64,000 nt of DNA from Chiloscyllium plagiosum (lineage: Eukaryota). Below, one piece after another: positions 49,878 through 62,785 of this stretch. The stretch is from the NCBI RefSeq assembly GCF_004010195.1, contig NC_057751.1, forward strand, positions 17,063,901-17,127,900, in the 5' to 3' direction. A program made the position numbers and the translations under genes. The stretch's first letter is position 1; each line of letters starts with the position of its first letter. The notes beneath the pieces are model-generated. The model saw only the letters and a program-made list of their open reading frames with translations, did not search any database and was not told the origin of the DNA.

Positions 49878-50525
49878 GATGTTGTGGTTCTGTTCGCCGA
49901 GCTGGGAGTGTGTGTTGCAGACGTTTCGTCCCCTGTCTAGGTGACATCCTCAGGGCTTGGGAGCCTCCTGTGAAGCGCTTCTGTGACCTTTCCTCCGGCA
50001 TTTATAGTGGTTTGTACCTGCCGCTTCCGGTTGTCGGTTCCAGCTGTCCGCTGCAGTGGCCGGTATATTGGGTCCAGGTCGATGTGCTAATTGATTGAAT
50101 CTGTAGATGAGTGCCATGCCTCTAGGAATTCCCTGGCTGTTCTCTGTTTGGCTTGTCCTATAATAGTAGTGTTGTCCCAGTCGAACTCATGTTGCTTGTC
50201 ATCTGCGTGTGTGGCTACTAAGGATAGCTGGTCGTGTCGTTTCGTTGCGGCATGTCCTCGTTCCGTTGTCTTTCCCTTAGGCATCTGTGGATGAAATTGT
50301 GCGGGTATCCGTTTTTGGCGAATACATTGTATAGGTGTTCTTCTTCCTCTTTTTGCAGTTCTGGTGTGCTGCAGTGTGTTGTGGCCCTTTTGAACAGTGT
50401 CTTGACTCAACTTCTTTTGTGTGTGTTGGGGTGGTTGCTTTCGTAGTTCAGGACTTGGTCTGTGTGTGTGGCTTTCCTTAATACCTTTGTGGTGAATTCT
50501 CCGTTTTCTTCCCATTCTATGTCTT
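49878..50525 (-). mobile_element. Penelope-like fragment with an intact hammerhead core
   Basis: KATHTDQVLNYESNHP (RT thumb), HEFDWDNTTII..REFLEAWH (GIY-YIG); CUGAGGA-u-GUCACCU-agac-AGGGGAC-GAAA-C-GUC at 49920-49953. Confidence 0.82.
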
Positions 50526-50707
50526 TAAGTCTCACCCTGTGGCGATCCCGACAGCAAAGCAGTCCTTGAATTGTCGAGTCCGTCTCCTTGGTACCCATCT
50601 CATGAGACCTACCCTGGCTCTGGGCTGTGCCTTTCAAATTGATGCATGCCGCCCGCACTCACCAACTTTCTGACTGTGCCCGCCGCCTCTGACAGACGGG
50701 AGCTCCG

Positions 50708-50975
50708 AACGTCGACGCTGCCAACCTTGGACGCCACCCTCACTCGGGACCTACGTCACTCTCTCTGCCTTCATGTCTCTTCCTGCCAACCGGCACCCCA
50801 AAAAAAGCACCGTCCCCTTCCCTGTTCATCAAACATGAACCTAACGTCGACGCTGCCAACCTTGGACGCCACCCTCACTCGGGACCTACGTCACTCTCTC
50901 TGCCTTCATGTCTCTTCCTGCCAACCGGCACCCCAACAAAGCACCGCCCCTTCCCTGTTCATCAAACATGAACCT
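50708..50975. repeat. Tandem duplication of about 135 bp
   Basis: aacgtcgacgctgcc...aaacatgaacct at 50708 and 50843. Confidence 0.92.
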
Positions 50976-51359
50976 GTGATGGCCATGTTGTCACCTAGCC
51001 CAGGAAGGGACTGTCTGCCTCTCCACAAACACTCTTCTGTTGTCACTGCATTCAACTCAACATTCACTCTGGGGAAAAAAAACAGCGCACCATCTGAAAA
51101 CCCTGAGCTGGTCAAACAAGCCACTTTCCTGCCACTGTTGAAAATAGTCACCTCCAACTATGTCGGCAACTCTGCTTTTGTGAACCCACATGAAGGGAAT
51201 ACAGGGACGACATAATCTTGTTAAAGGGGCAGCGTGGTAACAATTCAGATCATGCAACTGTACTAAACTATCGCATGGTCACCCTCAACTAAATAACAGA
51301 GAAGGTCTTACTGGTGTTGTCACCAGTACATATCGGTAACTAAGACCATCTAACTGACT

Positions 51360-51604
51360 GTGCCGTCCGCCTCAGGCGACTGACTGTGTGGAGTTTGCAC
51401 GTTCTCCCCGTGTCTGCGTGGGTTTCCTCCGGGTGCTCCGGTTTCCTCCCACAGTCCAACGATGTGCAGGGTCAGGTGAATTGGCCGTGCTAAATTGCCC
51501 GTAGTGTTAGGTAAGGGGTAAATGTAGGGGTATGGGTGGGTTGCGCTTCGGCGGGTCGGTGTGGACTTGTTGGGCCGAAGGGCCTGTTTCCACACTGTAA
51601 TCTA
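51360..51604 (+). mobile_element. 5'-truncated HE1-like SINE
   Basis: SINE body and tail. Confidence 0.85.
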
Positions 51605-52055
51605 AAAAAAAAGGAAAGCAAATTATCCTATTAAGCTGTTTTGAGACTCCAAATTTAAACAATGGTTTCTCTGTTGTGCAAACTATGGTAGGGCAAATGA
51701 TATTTAATTAGCAGTGTACATACATTTCATGCAGATTTTTATTTAATGTCCATGTTAAAAACACGACATGGCCACTCCAGGAAACCTACAATAACTTTAC
51801 CAACATTCTCTTATTGTCCACCCTCCCTAAGTATGAATAGCACTCGACGTGGAAGAAAGGTATCATCGCCTCAGTCCACTTTTATCTGTTCAGAATGATG
51901 GGGAGATGCCAGTGTTGGACTGGGGTGGACAACGTCAGGAGTCACACCATCCTACGTTTATGGTCTTGCACGTACAGTTGAAATTGCAAGCTTTCTGAGC
52001 GCTGCTTCTTCCTCAGGTGAAGTCTGCTTCACTTGACCAAGTAGTTTAGGACTTT

Positions 52056-52297
52056 AGATTAGATTTAGATTACTTTACAGTGTGGAAACAGGCCCTTCGG
52101 CCCAACAAGTCCACANNNNNNNNNNNNNNNNNNNNNNNNNNNNNNNNNNNNNNNNNNNNNNNNNNNNNNNNNNNNNNNNNNNNNNNNNNNNNNNACGTGC
52201 AAACTCCACACAGTCAGTCGCCTGAGGCGGGAATTGGACCCGGGTCTCTGGCGCTGCGAGGCAGCAGTGCTAACCACTGTGCCACCGTGTCGCCCAC
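52056..52297 (-). mobile_element. HE1-like SINE (gapped)
   Basis: Reverse head and (ttaga)n tail. Confidence 0.8.
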
Positions 52298-55200
52298 TAA
52301 GTAGCAGTGGTCCAAAAGTTTGTGAGTCGAAGCAAAGTTTTTGGAGTATAAGCTGGTGTCATGCAAAATCTGACCCTATTTGCTGAACACTAAACCCAGC
52401 TCTCTGAGCCGTAGTTCCAGTTCAACAGAAAACACACCCATCTGCGAATCAATGTTGGAATGTTTTCCAAGAATGTTAAACGTTTGAAAGAGAATATTTT
52501 TTTGGGTAATCCACATGTGGCTGGGGTTATGCTTCTTAATCATTCTTAATTGATCCACATACTCATCCATTTGCTTGCAAAAGTGTGCCGATATTGTCCC
52601 CATAAGAAGCGCACTGACTTATTTCTCTTGCAGAGTAGTCTTGTCACATATATCCTTAGACTGGCAGTTGGCAAATAGCTGTGACTTCTCACTGGGTGTT
52701 CTTTCAAGTAAGATAAATGAATCGTGAGTGAGCACAAACACGGCTCACACAGACCCAACAGATCTGCTTTCACATGTTCCATGATTTTGCTCGCTGATGG
52801 AGCTGAGATTTTGAGCTCTCTTGCTAGAAAAACATCTTAGACAGAGAGACTTCCTCTCATGAATCAAATGGGTGTGGAATGTTTCTTCCAATGCTTCTTT
52901 CTCCTGGACTAGAGAGAAACGACACATGGGAAGGAAAATTGTGTTTCTAATGCGCCTCTGCAAAATGTGTGGTTACGGAATGATGCCAATATTGAAAGAA
53001 CATAGAACAGAGCAGTGGAGTACAGGCCTTCAGCCCTCGATATTGTGCCGGCCTTTTATCCTACTCTAAGTTTAGACTAACCTATATACCCTTTAAAGTA
53101 CAATCTCCGCTGTGCCAATCCAACAGTCGCTTAAATATCCCTGGTGTATCTGACTTTATGACCACTGCGGGCAATGCATTCCACGCACTCACAACAATTT
53201 GTTTAAAAATAAACCTACCCCTGACATCTTCCCTAAACCTTCCTCCAATTACCTTAAAACTCATGATATACATTTCTGCCATGGGAAAAAAANNNNNNNN
53301 NNNNNNNNNNNNNNNNNCTCTGGCGCTGCGAGGCAGCAGTGCTAACCACTGTGCCACCGTGCCGCCCACTAAGTAGCAGTGGTCCAAAAGTTTGTGAGTC
53401 GAAGCGAAGTTTTTGGAGAAACGACACATGGGAAGGAAAATTGTGTTTCTAATGCGCCTCTGCAAAATGCGTGGTTACGGAATGATGCCAGTATTGATAG
53501 AACATAGAACAGAGCAGTGGAGTACAGGCCTTCAGCCCTCGATATTGTGCCGGCCTTTTATCCTACTCTAAGTTTAGACTAACCTATATACCCTTAAAGT
53601 ACAATCTCCGCTGTGCCAATCCAACAGTCGCTTAAATATCCCTGGTGTATCTGACTTTATGACCACTGCTGGCAATGCATTCCACGCACTCACAACAATT
53701 TGTTTAAAAATAAACCTACCCCTGACATCTTCCCTAAACCTTCCTCCAATTACCTTAAAACTCATGATATACATTTCTGCCATGGGAAAAAAAGTCTCGG
53801 TTTATCCACTCTATACATGCATCTCAACATCACTTACGCCTCTGTCAACTCGCCTCTCATTCTTCTCCACTCCAATGAGAAAAGGTGTAGCTGCGTCAAC
53901 CTCTCTTCCGAAGACATGCCCTCCAGTCCAGGCAACATCCTGCTAAACCTCCTCTGCACCTTCTCTCAAACTTCCACATGTATCCTACAATGAGATGACG
54001 GGAACTGAACACAAGGTTTCAAGTGTGATTCAACAGGGGCTTCATATATTTCTAGCACAACTTCGCGCCTCTTAAGCTGAATTAATAATACCTTAACTTG
54101 TTTAGGATGTCAATACAGTATATTGCGTGCAATTCCGGTCTCCTTCCTTTTTCACGCAGAGGGTGGTATGTGTATGGAATGAGCTGCCAGAGGAAGTGGT
54201 GGAGGCTGGTACAATTGCAACATTTAAAAGGCATCTGGATGGGTATATGAATAGGAAGGGTTTGGAGGGATATGGGCCGAGTGCTGGCAGGTGGGACTAG
54301 ATTGGGTTGGGATATCTGGTCGGCGTGGACTGACGGGTCTGTTTCCATGCTGTACATCTCTATGACTGTATGACTTTATGATTGTATTGTAAGAATAAAG
54401 TTTTATGGAAGACAAATTGAATCATATCTGGAATACATCTTCGTCTTCTAAAAAAAAATACATATTCAGAACTATGCCATCCCTTTGGGATGAGGATTGG
54501 ATGGGGGTGGGGGGTGTGCAGTTGGCATCTGGTCTGCTTTCATCCACACCAATAGAAATGAGCACAATCAGGAAACCATTAAATTTTCAAAAAGCACTCT
54601 CCCATTGCAAGTTCATAAAAGAAAGTTAAAAAGTAAAGAGAAGGATTATTTGAAAAACAGACTCGAGTCACATTGCAAGCTAACTTGGCCACTAACTTCT
54701 CCAACACCTTCAATCTCTCTGGTTGCATGAATGCACGCTTTGCAATATGAATACGGAATTGTATTTAATGCTGTAAGATAAGAAAAACAACATGGACGAA
54801 CCAGTGAAAGATGATGCTACAGAATATGCTGAAGAAAACTGTCACAGACCCATTGCTGCTCTCCAGTTCTGCATCATTACCGATTGGTGTCCGGACTTAT
54901 CAGTCTCTTACAGATATGAAGACTCACTATTATGTGTCTGAAGCAATAAATTTAAAACAGAAAGGAGCAATGAAGTTCAGACCATCTCCACATAATCTAC
55001 TGACACCCATCCAGGATCAATGCAATAGTTTGGTTTTCCACAACAGAGCGTTGCTTCTTGCATATTCAGCTTCCTTTATAAAGTAGTGAGGATTTCTTTT
55101 TAAAGTGAAGCAGCGGTTGTTGATGGAACGAAAGTTGCGGTTCTGTCAGTGCAACATTTTGCCTTGGACATTGACAACAAATTATCTCAAATCTATAAAA

Positions 55201-56494
55201 GTTGAAATTAACGCTGTATGAGTCTGAATATTCTGTGTTGGCAAAACACAGTGCACGAATAATGCTACACACAGCTGAAATCAGCAAAACTGTTGATAGG
55301 AAATACTGACAAGTAATCGGACATAGTAGGACTATTGAGAAAAGGATTGCACAAGAGAAAGCATGTTAAGCCTGGAGCGCGGGATGGGCAGACAGGCGGG
55401 GAAGAAAAAGAAAGACAGAGGAAGGAGCAGAGATAAGGACTGGGGAGAGGATTATGGGGAGGAGCTAGGTCAGACGGACTGGGAGAGGTAAAGCGTGGGT
55501 AGAGACTCGGTGAGACAAATTGTGGGAAGGGACTGGGTGAAACAGATTGGGGAGGCACATTTGGTGAGACTCACTGGAAGGAACACTCGTGGTGACGGAC
55601 TTGGGGGGGAGACAAATTTTATTGGGAGATTCGGGGAGAACGAGAGTCAGAGGCCGACTCAGGGAGACAGATTGTGGGGAGATAAACAGTTAGATGAGAC
55701 AGCGGGAGTTGGACTGTCGGGATTACTGTCGGGAGCGGTGATTACAGACTGGAGAAGAAACTGAAGAAGACTGCCAGATATTAATTTCTTCAAAGCCTTG
55801 TTTGAGTTTGATGAAAATGCCATGACCGACCATTCACTGATCCAGTTAATGACAGATGAAATGAAAGATTAACACAATGTTCTCCTGTGGTAGGAAACTG
55901 CTCAATAGATCTATGTGGCACTTCCAGCCCGCAGCTCTTTATTGAAATGGGCAGCTGTTAGAATGTATAGTCTTGGTAGAGTCGCTCTTGTAATGTTAAC
56001 CAAAACATGGAGATTCAACTCCCCCAAATGTTGTGGGTCCAAAATTTAAGAATTATTACCAAGGTTCCACATGTCTTCAGAAGCACAGTCCATGTCATTG
56101 GGACACTGAGGCTATGCTTCCCTTTATTATGTGAACCAGCAGATATAATTATAGAACTATTAATCTCAGATCTCTCTTTTGTTAATGCTTAGAAGTTCAT
56201 TTACTGCAACTCCATGGGATGGACAAATGTAGGGGAAATGTCCAAGTGACATCAACGTTTGAAGTTATTCTCATTTGGGTAACTGAGAATTTGATTTGCA
56301 CTGAGACATAATGTCCCCAGTCATTTCTTTTCAATTCAGTTATCTCTGCGGTGACTGTCATCCTGAACAGTGGGCATTGTTCCCTCTCAAAACGGATCCG
56401 GTAGTATTCGATGAAATCGGTTGTTTCCTATCAAGTTCGTCACTTTCCATTGAAACATTCCAAACTTTTAGCGAGGTGAGAAACATTTTCGAGC

Positions 56495-59400
56495 TCAGGT
56501 TGAGGTTCTGGATGTGAGTTTGCTCGCGGAGCTGGAAGGTTTCAAATGTTTCATCGCCATACGAGGTGAGATCTTCAGTGAGCCACCGGTGAACTCCTGA
56601 TGTTGTCTCCCGCTTGTTATTGAACAGCTTAGAGTTCTTTGAGTGCTTGGTGATGTCATTTCCGGTTCTTTTTCTCAAAGAATGGTCGATAGGGGTCAAA
56701 CTCCATGAGTTTGTGGACAGAGCTCCGGTTGGATTGCCATGCTTTCTAGGGTTTGTTGGGCACGTCAGAGGATGGATCTATTATTCCAGCCAATGTGGTG
56801 GTCTTCCTCGTCTGCTTTTAGGAATATCAGTGACAGTGGGTCATGCCTTTTTCTGGCTAGTTGACGTCCATGTGTCCTGGTGGCTAGTTCTCGCCTGGTT
56901 GTTCAATGCAGTATCTGTACACTATCCTTTTAAATGAAGTTTGTTTTGTTCTTGTCTGTATAGGGTCATTTATGTTCATTAACTACTGCCGTGAGTGGTG
57001 GCTTGTTGTAATGATGTCCTAAAGCAGCTTTGTTTGTGGCTGCGGAGATGTTTGCTTCTGTAGTTGAATATTTATCCCTAATGTGTTTTTCTTTGCTGTA
57101 GACTCTGGTCTGATATACCCTCTGACCGCTGTGTTCTGATACCTAGGAATGGCAGTTTGTCTTGTTTTCTTCCTATGTTGCGAATGGATGGATCTATTAT
57201 TCCAGCCAATGTGATGGTCTTCCTCGTCTGCTTTTACGAATATCAGTGACAGTGGGTCATGCCTTTTTCTGGCTAGTTGACGTCCATGTGTCCTGGTGGC
57301 TAGTTCTCGCCTGGTTGTTCAATGCAGTGTCTGTACACTATCCTTTTAAATGAAGTTCGTTTTGTTTCTTGTCTGTATAGGGTCTTTTATGTTCATTAAC
57401 TACTGCCGTGAGTGGTGGCTTGTTGTAATGATGTCCTAATGCAGCTTTGTTTGTGGCTGCGGAGATGTTTGCTTCTGTAGTTGAATATTTATCCCTAATG
57501 TGTTTTTCTTTGCTGTAGACTCTGGTCTGATATACCCTCTGACCGCTGTGTTCTGATACCTAGGAATGGCAGTTTGTCTTGTTTTCTTCCTATGTTGTGA
57601 ATGTTATGCCTGGAAGCATATTATTGATCGTCTTGAAGGTTTCCTCTAATTTGTTTCGTTTAGTGATGATAAAGGTGACATTCACGTACAGGAATAAAAG
57701 TTTGTGTTGGATGGTGCTGAGAGCTGTTTATTCGACTCTTAGCCTGACTGCTTCTGGGTGTTCCATTGATTTGCGTGAGGCTATTGTTATTGAATGTTAA
57801 GTGGCTGGTGAGGGATAAATCTACTCGCTTGACCATTTTGTCTTTGCTGATGAGGTTGGTGATGTCTAGTGTTTGTGTTTTTGGTTCTTCTAATCGTGTG
57901 GTCACTGTTTCTGTAGCCAGGTAGATGTGGATGGATGTGAACAGCAATGTAATGACAAAGGAGATCATTAGAACATAGAACAGTACAGCACAGAACAGGC
58001 CCTTCAGCCCACGATGTTGTGCCGACCACTGATCCTCATGTCTGCACCCTCACATTTCTGTGACCATATGCGTGTCCAGGAGTCTCTCAAATGTCCCCAA
58101 TGACCCTGCCTCCACAACTGCTGCTGTCTCTGGCTGTCGACTCTATCTATGCCTCTCATTACCTTGTATACCTCAATTAGGTCCCTCTTCTCCTTTTCTC
58201 CAATGAAAAAAGTCCGAGCTCAGTCAACCTCTCCTCATTAGTTCATAGTCTTCCATCTTGGTGTCTGTGATGGTGTTCAGGAATTCTTGGATGGAGTCCT
58301 CTACTAAGTAGTTAAATCTTTTGTGAAGTTCGTTGCTTAGTCTGCCATTTTGTGCTCCCCGTAGTAAGATTTTAGGTCGGAGGGGGCCTCCTGATTTCTG
58401 AAGTTTGGCTAGTCCACAGAAGTGTGATGAGTTGGATCCACCTGGTTCAGTTTTCCTTTTTTGGAGGACTCTCTTGGTCAATTTCTTAAGTTTTCAGAAC
58501 AAGGCGGTGTTTCTGTTCTCTCGTTGTGTGCTTGGATGTATCGCCACCTGTTGGCAAGAACCAGTATCTGCAAGCAGTGCATTCGCCTTTTGCATCGTCG
58601 TCTGATTTGTTCAAAACGACTATCCTTTGTCCGCAGATAAGATTGCGATGATTTTGTATTCTTCAGCCCTTCTAGTGCTTTCGCTTCTTACGCATTGATT
58701 GCGTTTGACTCCTTTTTCCTGCTTCATGTTGCTGCAAAGGTTTGTCTGACAGTTGGCTGCGTTTCCTTTGTGAGGACGCTGCCTTGCACTGTTGCTTCAA
58801 ATTAGATTACATTACAGTGTGGAAACAGGCCCTTCAGCCCAACAAGTCCACACCGCCCCCGCCGAAGCGCAACCCACCCACACCCCTACATTTACCCCTT
58901 ACCTAACACTACAGGCAATTTAGCATGGCCAATTTACCTGACCTGCACATCTTTGGACTGTGGGAGGAAACTGGAGCACCCGGAGGAAACCCACGCAGAC
59001 ACGGGGAGAATGTGCAAACTCCACCCTTCTCGTTCGCGTCTGAGAAGTTGCACTTTTGAAGAGGTGCTTTCAGTGTCGACAAGGTGTAGATCTGATGAGT
59101 TTTCTTTGAAAACGAGGCTTTTATGTTGGCCTGTGTTGTTCTTTTGTGTGAGTTTGTCTCGTTTTCTTTTTCTGCAGGTCTCGCTGTTTTCTCCTCTCTC
59201 ATTTTTCTGTGTTTGGCGCGGTCCAATACCTTTGTTTTGTTGGACTGTGTCTGTCCATTCATGGTCTGAAAACCTTAGTGAGTACTCCGGCGGAAAATGT
59301 CACCATTTTATTTGTGGAATCATTTGTGGGAAATGTTAATCATCTCTCGGGGTATTCTGCAGCCGTTTTGTTCTGCTGGTTAGTGTGGTGTTAAACGGAG
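56495..59400 (-). mobile_element. Degenerate Penelope-like element, minus strand
   Basis: SIQEFLNTITDTK, MISF..LLFTSI..RLEEPK (PLE RT); terminal repeat with CTGAAGA..GAAAC at 56549-56578; nested SINE (58801-59024) and CR1 tail. Confidence 0.72.
56768..57600. repeat. Tandem duplication of about 417 bp inside the Penelope-like element
   Basis: ggatggatctattattccagcc...ttcttcctatgttg present twice. Confidence 0.9.
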
Positions 59401-59544
59401 GTGTGTACTTAAGACATTGTGGTAGTTCCGGTTTCCTTTGGCATTGGTGCAGGGATTACAGATTTCCCTTCTTCAGACCAGTTTTTGTGGATTGCGCTCA
59501 TAGGTTGTGAGCGAGTTTTAAAAATGTTAATATTTTTAAAAATA

Positions 59545-62500
59545 TCTGGTTAAGACTGTAGATGTGAGTTTGCTCACCGAGCTGGAAGGATGTGCTTCAG
59601 ACATTGGTAATGTCATCAGTGAGACTTCAGGAAAGAGCTGGTGTTATGTCCTGCTTTCTGTTTATGCGTTTAGGTTTCTTTGCATACTTGGTGATATCAT
59701 TTCCGGTTCCTTTTCTCAAAGCATGGCAAATGGCGTCCAAATCGATGTGTTTGTTGATAGACTTCCAGTTGGAATGTCATGTTTCTAGGGACTTCATGCT
59801 TCTCACAACTTCAAGGCCAGGAACAAGACGGATTTCTTAGCAGCATGAGAAGCAAGACGGAAAGAAAACGAACTCGCAGAGGAAACCTGGCAAACCATCA
59901 GACAGACCATCATGAAGCAGGACAAAGGAAGGAAACACACTCAATACACAAGAAAGAAAAGCACTAGAGGGACTCAAAAAAGACAAAAATACCATAATTC
60001 TATCCGCAGACGAATAACACGTGGCAGTCCTTGTATAAAAATCATTGGAATACAATGGTAGTAAAAGTGAAGTCATACATTTTGGGAGCAGTAACCGCAA
60101 AATAGATTATGACTTGAATGATTAAAAAAAGTTGCAGCATGTTGATTGGCAGAGGAACCTGGTTATCCTTTATCCTGAATCACAGAAGGTTAGTCTGTAG
60201 GGTAAACAAGTAATTAGGAAGGCAAATGGAATTTTGTCCTTCATTGTGAAAGGGTTTTCGTCTAATAGCAGAGGGGTAATGTTACAACTGAACACAGTGC
60301 TGGTGAGGCCACTGTGTGCAGATTTGGTCTCCTTACTTAAGAAAGCATACACTGGCACTGAAGGGGGGGGTGGGGTTGCAGAGGAGGTTCACTGGGTTGA
60401 CTACAGAGTTGAGGGGGTTGGTTTATGAGGAGAGGCTCAGTAGATTGGGATTTTATTCATTGGAATTCAGAAGAATGAGGTGATCTCATAGAAACATGCA
60501 AAATTATTAAGGGAATCGATAAAATAGAAATAGAATACATGTCTCCACAGGTAGATTAGATTAGATTACTTACAGTGTGGAAACAGGCCCTTCGGCCCAA
60601 CAAGTCCACACCGACCCACTGAAGCACAACCCACCCATACCCCTACATTTACCCCTTACCTAACACTACGGGCAATTTAGCACGGCCAATTCACCTGACC
60701 TGCACATCTTGTGACTGTGGGAGGAAACCCACGCAGTCACAGGGAGAATGTGCAAACTCCACACAGTTAGTTGCCTGAGTCGGGAATTGAACCCGGGTCT
60801 ATGGTGCTGTGAGGCAGCAGTGCTAACCACTGTGCCTCCGTGCCGCCCACCAGGTGAAAGTAGGACAAGATGGTCTCAATATTAGAAGAGGCAGGTAAAG
60901 AAGTGAGCTGAGAAGGAACTTTTTCACCCAGATGGTTGTTACTCTATGGAATTCCTTGCCCAGGGAAGTAGTTGACGCTACTTTAATAATCACTTTTAAA
61001 GCTAAAGTAAATACTTTTTTTTTGAAAAAAGAAAGGAATTAAGAGGTATTGTGAAGATGCGGGTAAGTGGAGCTGAGTCCATGAACTGATTAGCCATAAT
61101 CGTATTGAGTGGCGGAGCAGGGTTGAAGGAAGATGGCCGACCCCTGCTCCTCATTCTTATGTTCTTGTGGTTACTATAAAAAAAGAACGCACTGCTTGCA
61201 GATACCGACACTCACCAACAGGTGTCGTTAGACCCAACCCCACAATCAGAGAATTGAATCACAGCCTTAATCTCAAAATTTAAGAATTCAGACAGAAGAA
61301 GACAGACTTCCAACAAATGGAACCAGATGGAACCAACGCATCACACTTCTATGGACTACCACAATTCACAGGTTAGGAGCCCCCCTCTGACCCAGACTCT
61401 CAGTGCGGGGAATACCAATTTACAGACTAGCGAAGGAACTGCACAACAGACTAAAGCACCCAGTAGAGACGGAAGCCACTCCATACACTCCTCCCAAGAA
61501 TTCATGAACACCATCAAAGATACCAAGATAAAAGAGGATGAAATAATAATATCCTTTGAAGTAACAGCCCTGTCCAGCTGCATCAGCAACAACCTTGCTA
61601 AAGAAAAAATGACTACACGATTGGAAGAGCCAAAGATACAAACACCACACATCGCCAACTTCATCATCAAAGGCAAACAAGGAGGCCTATTCCTCATCAG
61701 ACACTTCACTTTCAATTACAATCAATGTAACATCCATGGGAGCACTGATATCATAGCAGGAGCTGTAATGCAGAGGCTCAAAAACACAGCTCTACAAACT
61801 ATCCAACCCAAAAATTGGGTCTGCCACGTAGATGACACCTTTCCCTCACGAAACGAAGCAAATTAGAGGAAACCTTCAAGAAGATCACGAAAGAGGAAGA
61901 AAACACCAAGAAACTCCCTTGCCTAGATGTCACAGTACAGCAATCAGCCATTGGGGAATTTCAAACCAGCGTCTATCGGAAAACAACACATACGGAGCAA
62001 ATACTGAACTACAGAAGCAATCATCCAAAGCTGCATGAGGACGTAAGTTCAACGAGCCACTGCAGCACTGAAGAATTGCAAAGAACAGAAGAAAACCACT
62101 GTCAAAACGATTCACCGGTAAACAATAATCACAGTCCACTAATTTCTAAGCAGAAAGCAGAAGCAAGCAGACAAAACGAGAGCAGAAGTCCGAGACACTT
62201 TACCCTGCACCAAAGACATCTCTGAAACGATGGACAGACATTGGCATCATGGTCGCACACAAACCCACCAACACACTTGAACATCAGCTGTTGAATTTAA
62301 AAGATCCTGGACAGACAACAAACAAAATGAACGTCAATTATGAAATATCTTGCAAGGATTGGAAGAAACGCTACATTGGACCACCAGGCAGAAAACTAGT
62401 CACCAGGATACATAAACATCAATTAGCCTCACACACACAAAAAAAACCATGACCCACTATCACTAATTTCCATACATACAGGTGAGAAAAGTCACCATTT

Positions 62501-62785
62501 TTACTGTGACAGCACATCCGTCCTCGGACAAGCCAAGTAGAGAGACGTAACATTCCAAATCTAACTCTATCAAAAAAACCACATCAATTTGGACGCCATT
62601 TGCCATCCTCTGAGAAAAAGGAACTGGAAATGACATCACCAACACTCAAAGAAAGCTAAACACACCAATCAAACGCGGGACAGAACACCAGTGCTTCACT
62701 GGAGGCTCACTGATGATTTTGCTTAGAAGGGTGACAAAACGTCTGAAACTGAACCTTCCAACACAGCAAGCAATCTCACATTCAT
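59545..62785 (+). mobile_element. Degenerate Penelope-like element, plus strand, with an inverted terminal repeat at its 5' end
   Basis: IHSSQEFMNTIKDTKIKEDEIIISFEVTAL, CHVDDTF, YEISCKDWKKRYIG..GRKLVTRIHKHQ; 3' repeat with CTGATGA at 62710; inverted copy at 59545-59790; nested CR1 (about 60040-61175) and SINE (60553-60850). Confidence 0.78.

Noticed and set aside
52376..52963. Short ORFs and a possible plus-strand exon (52634-52707)
   Set aside because: No recognisable protein family and no partner exons
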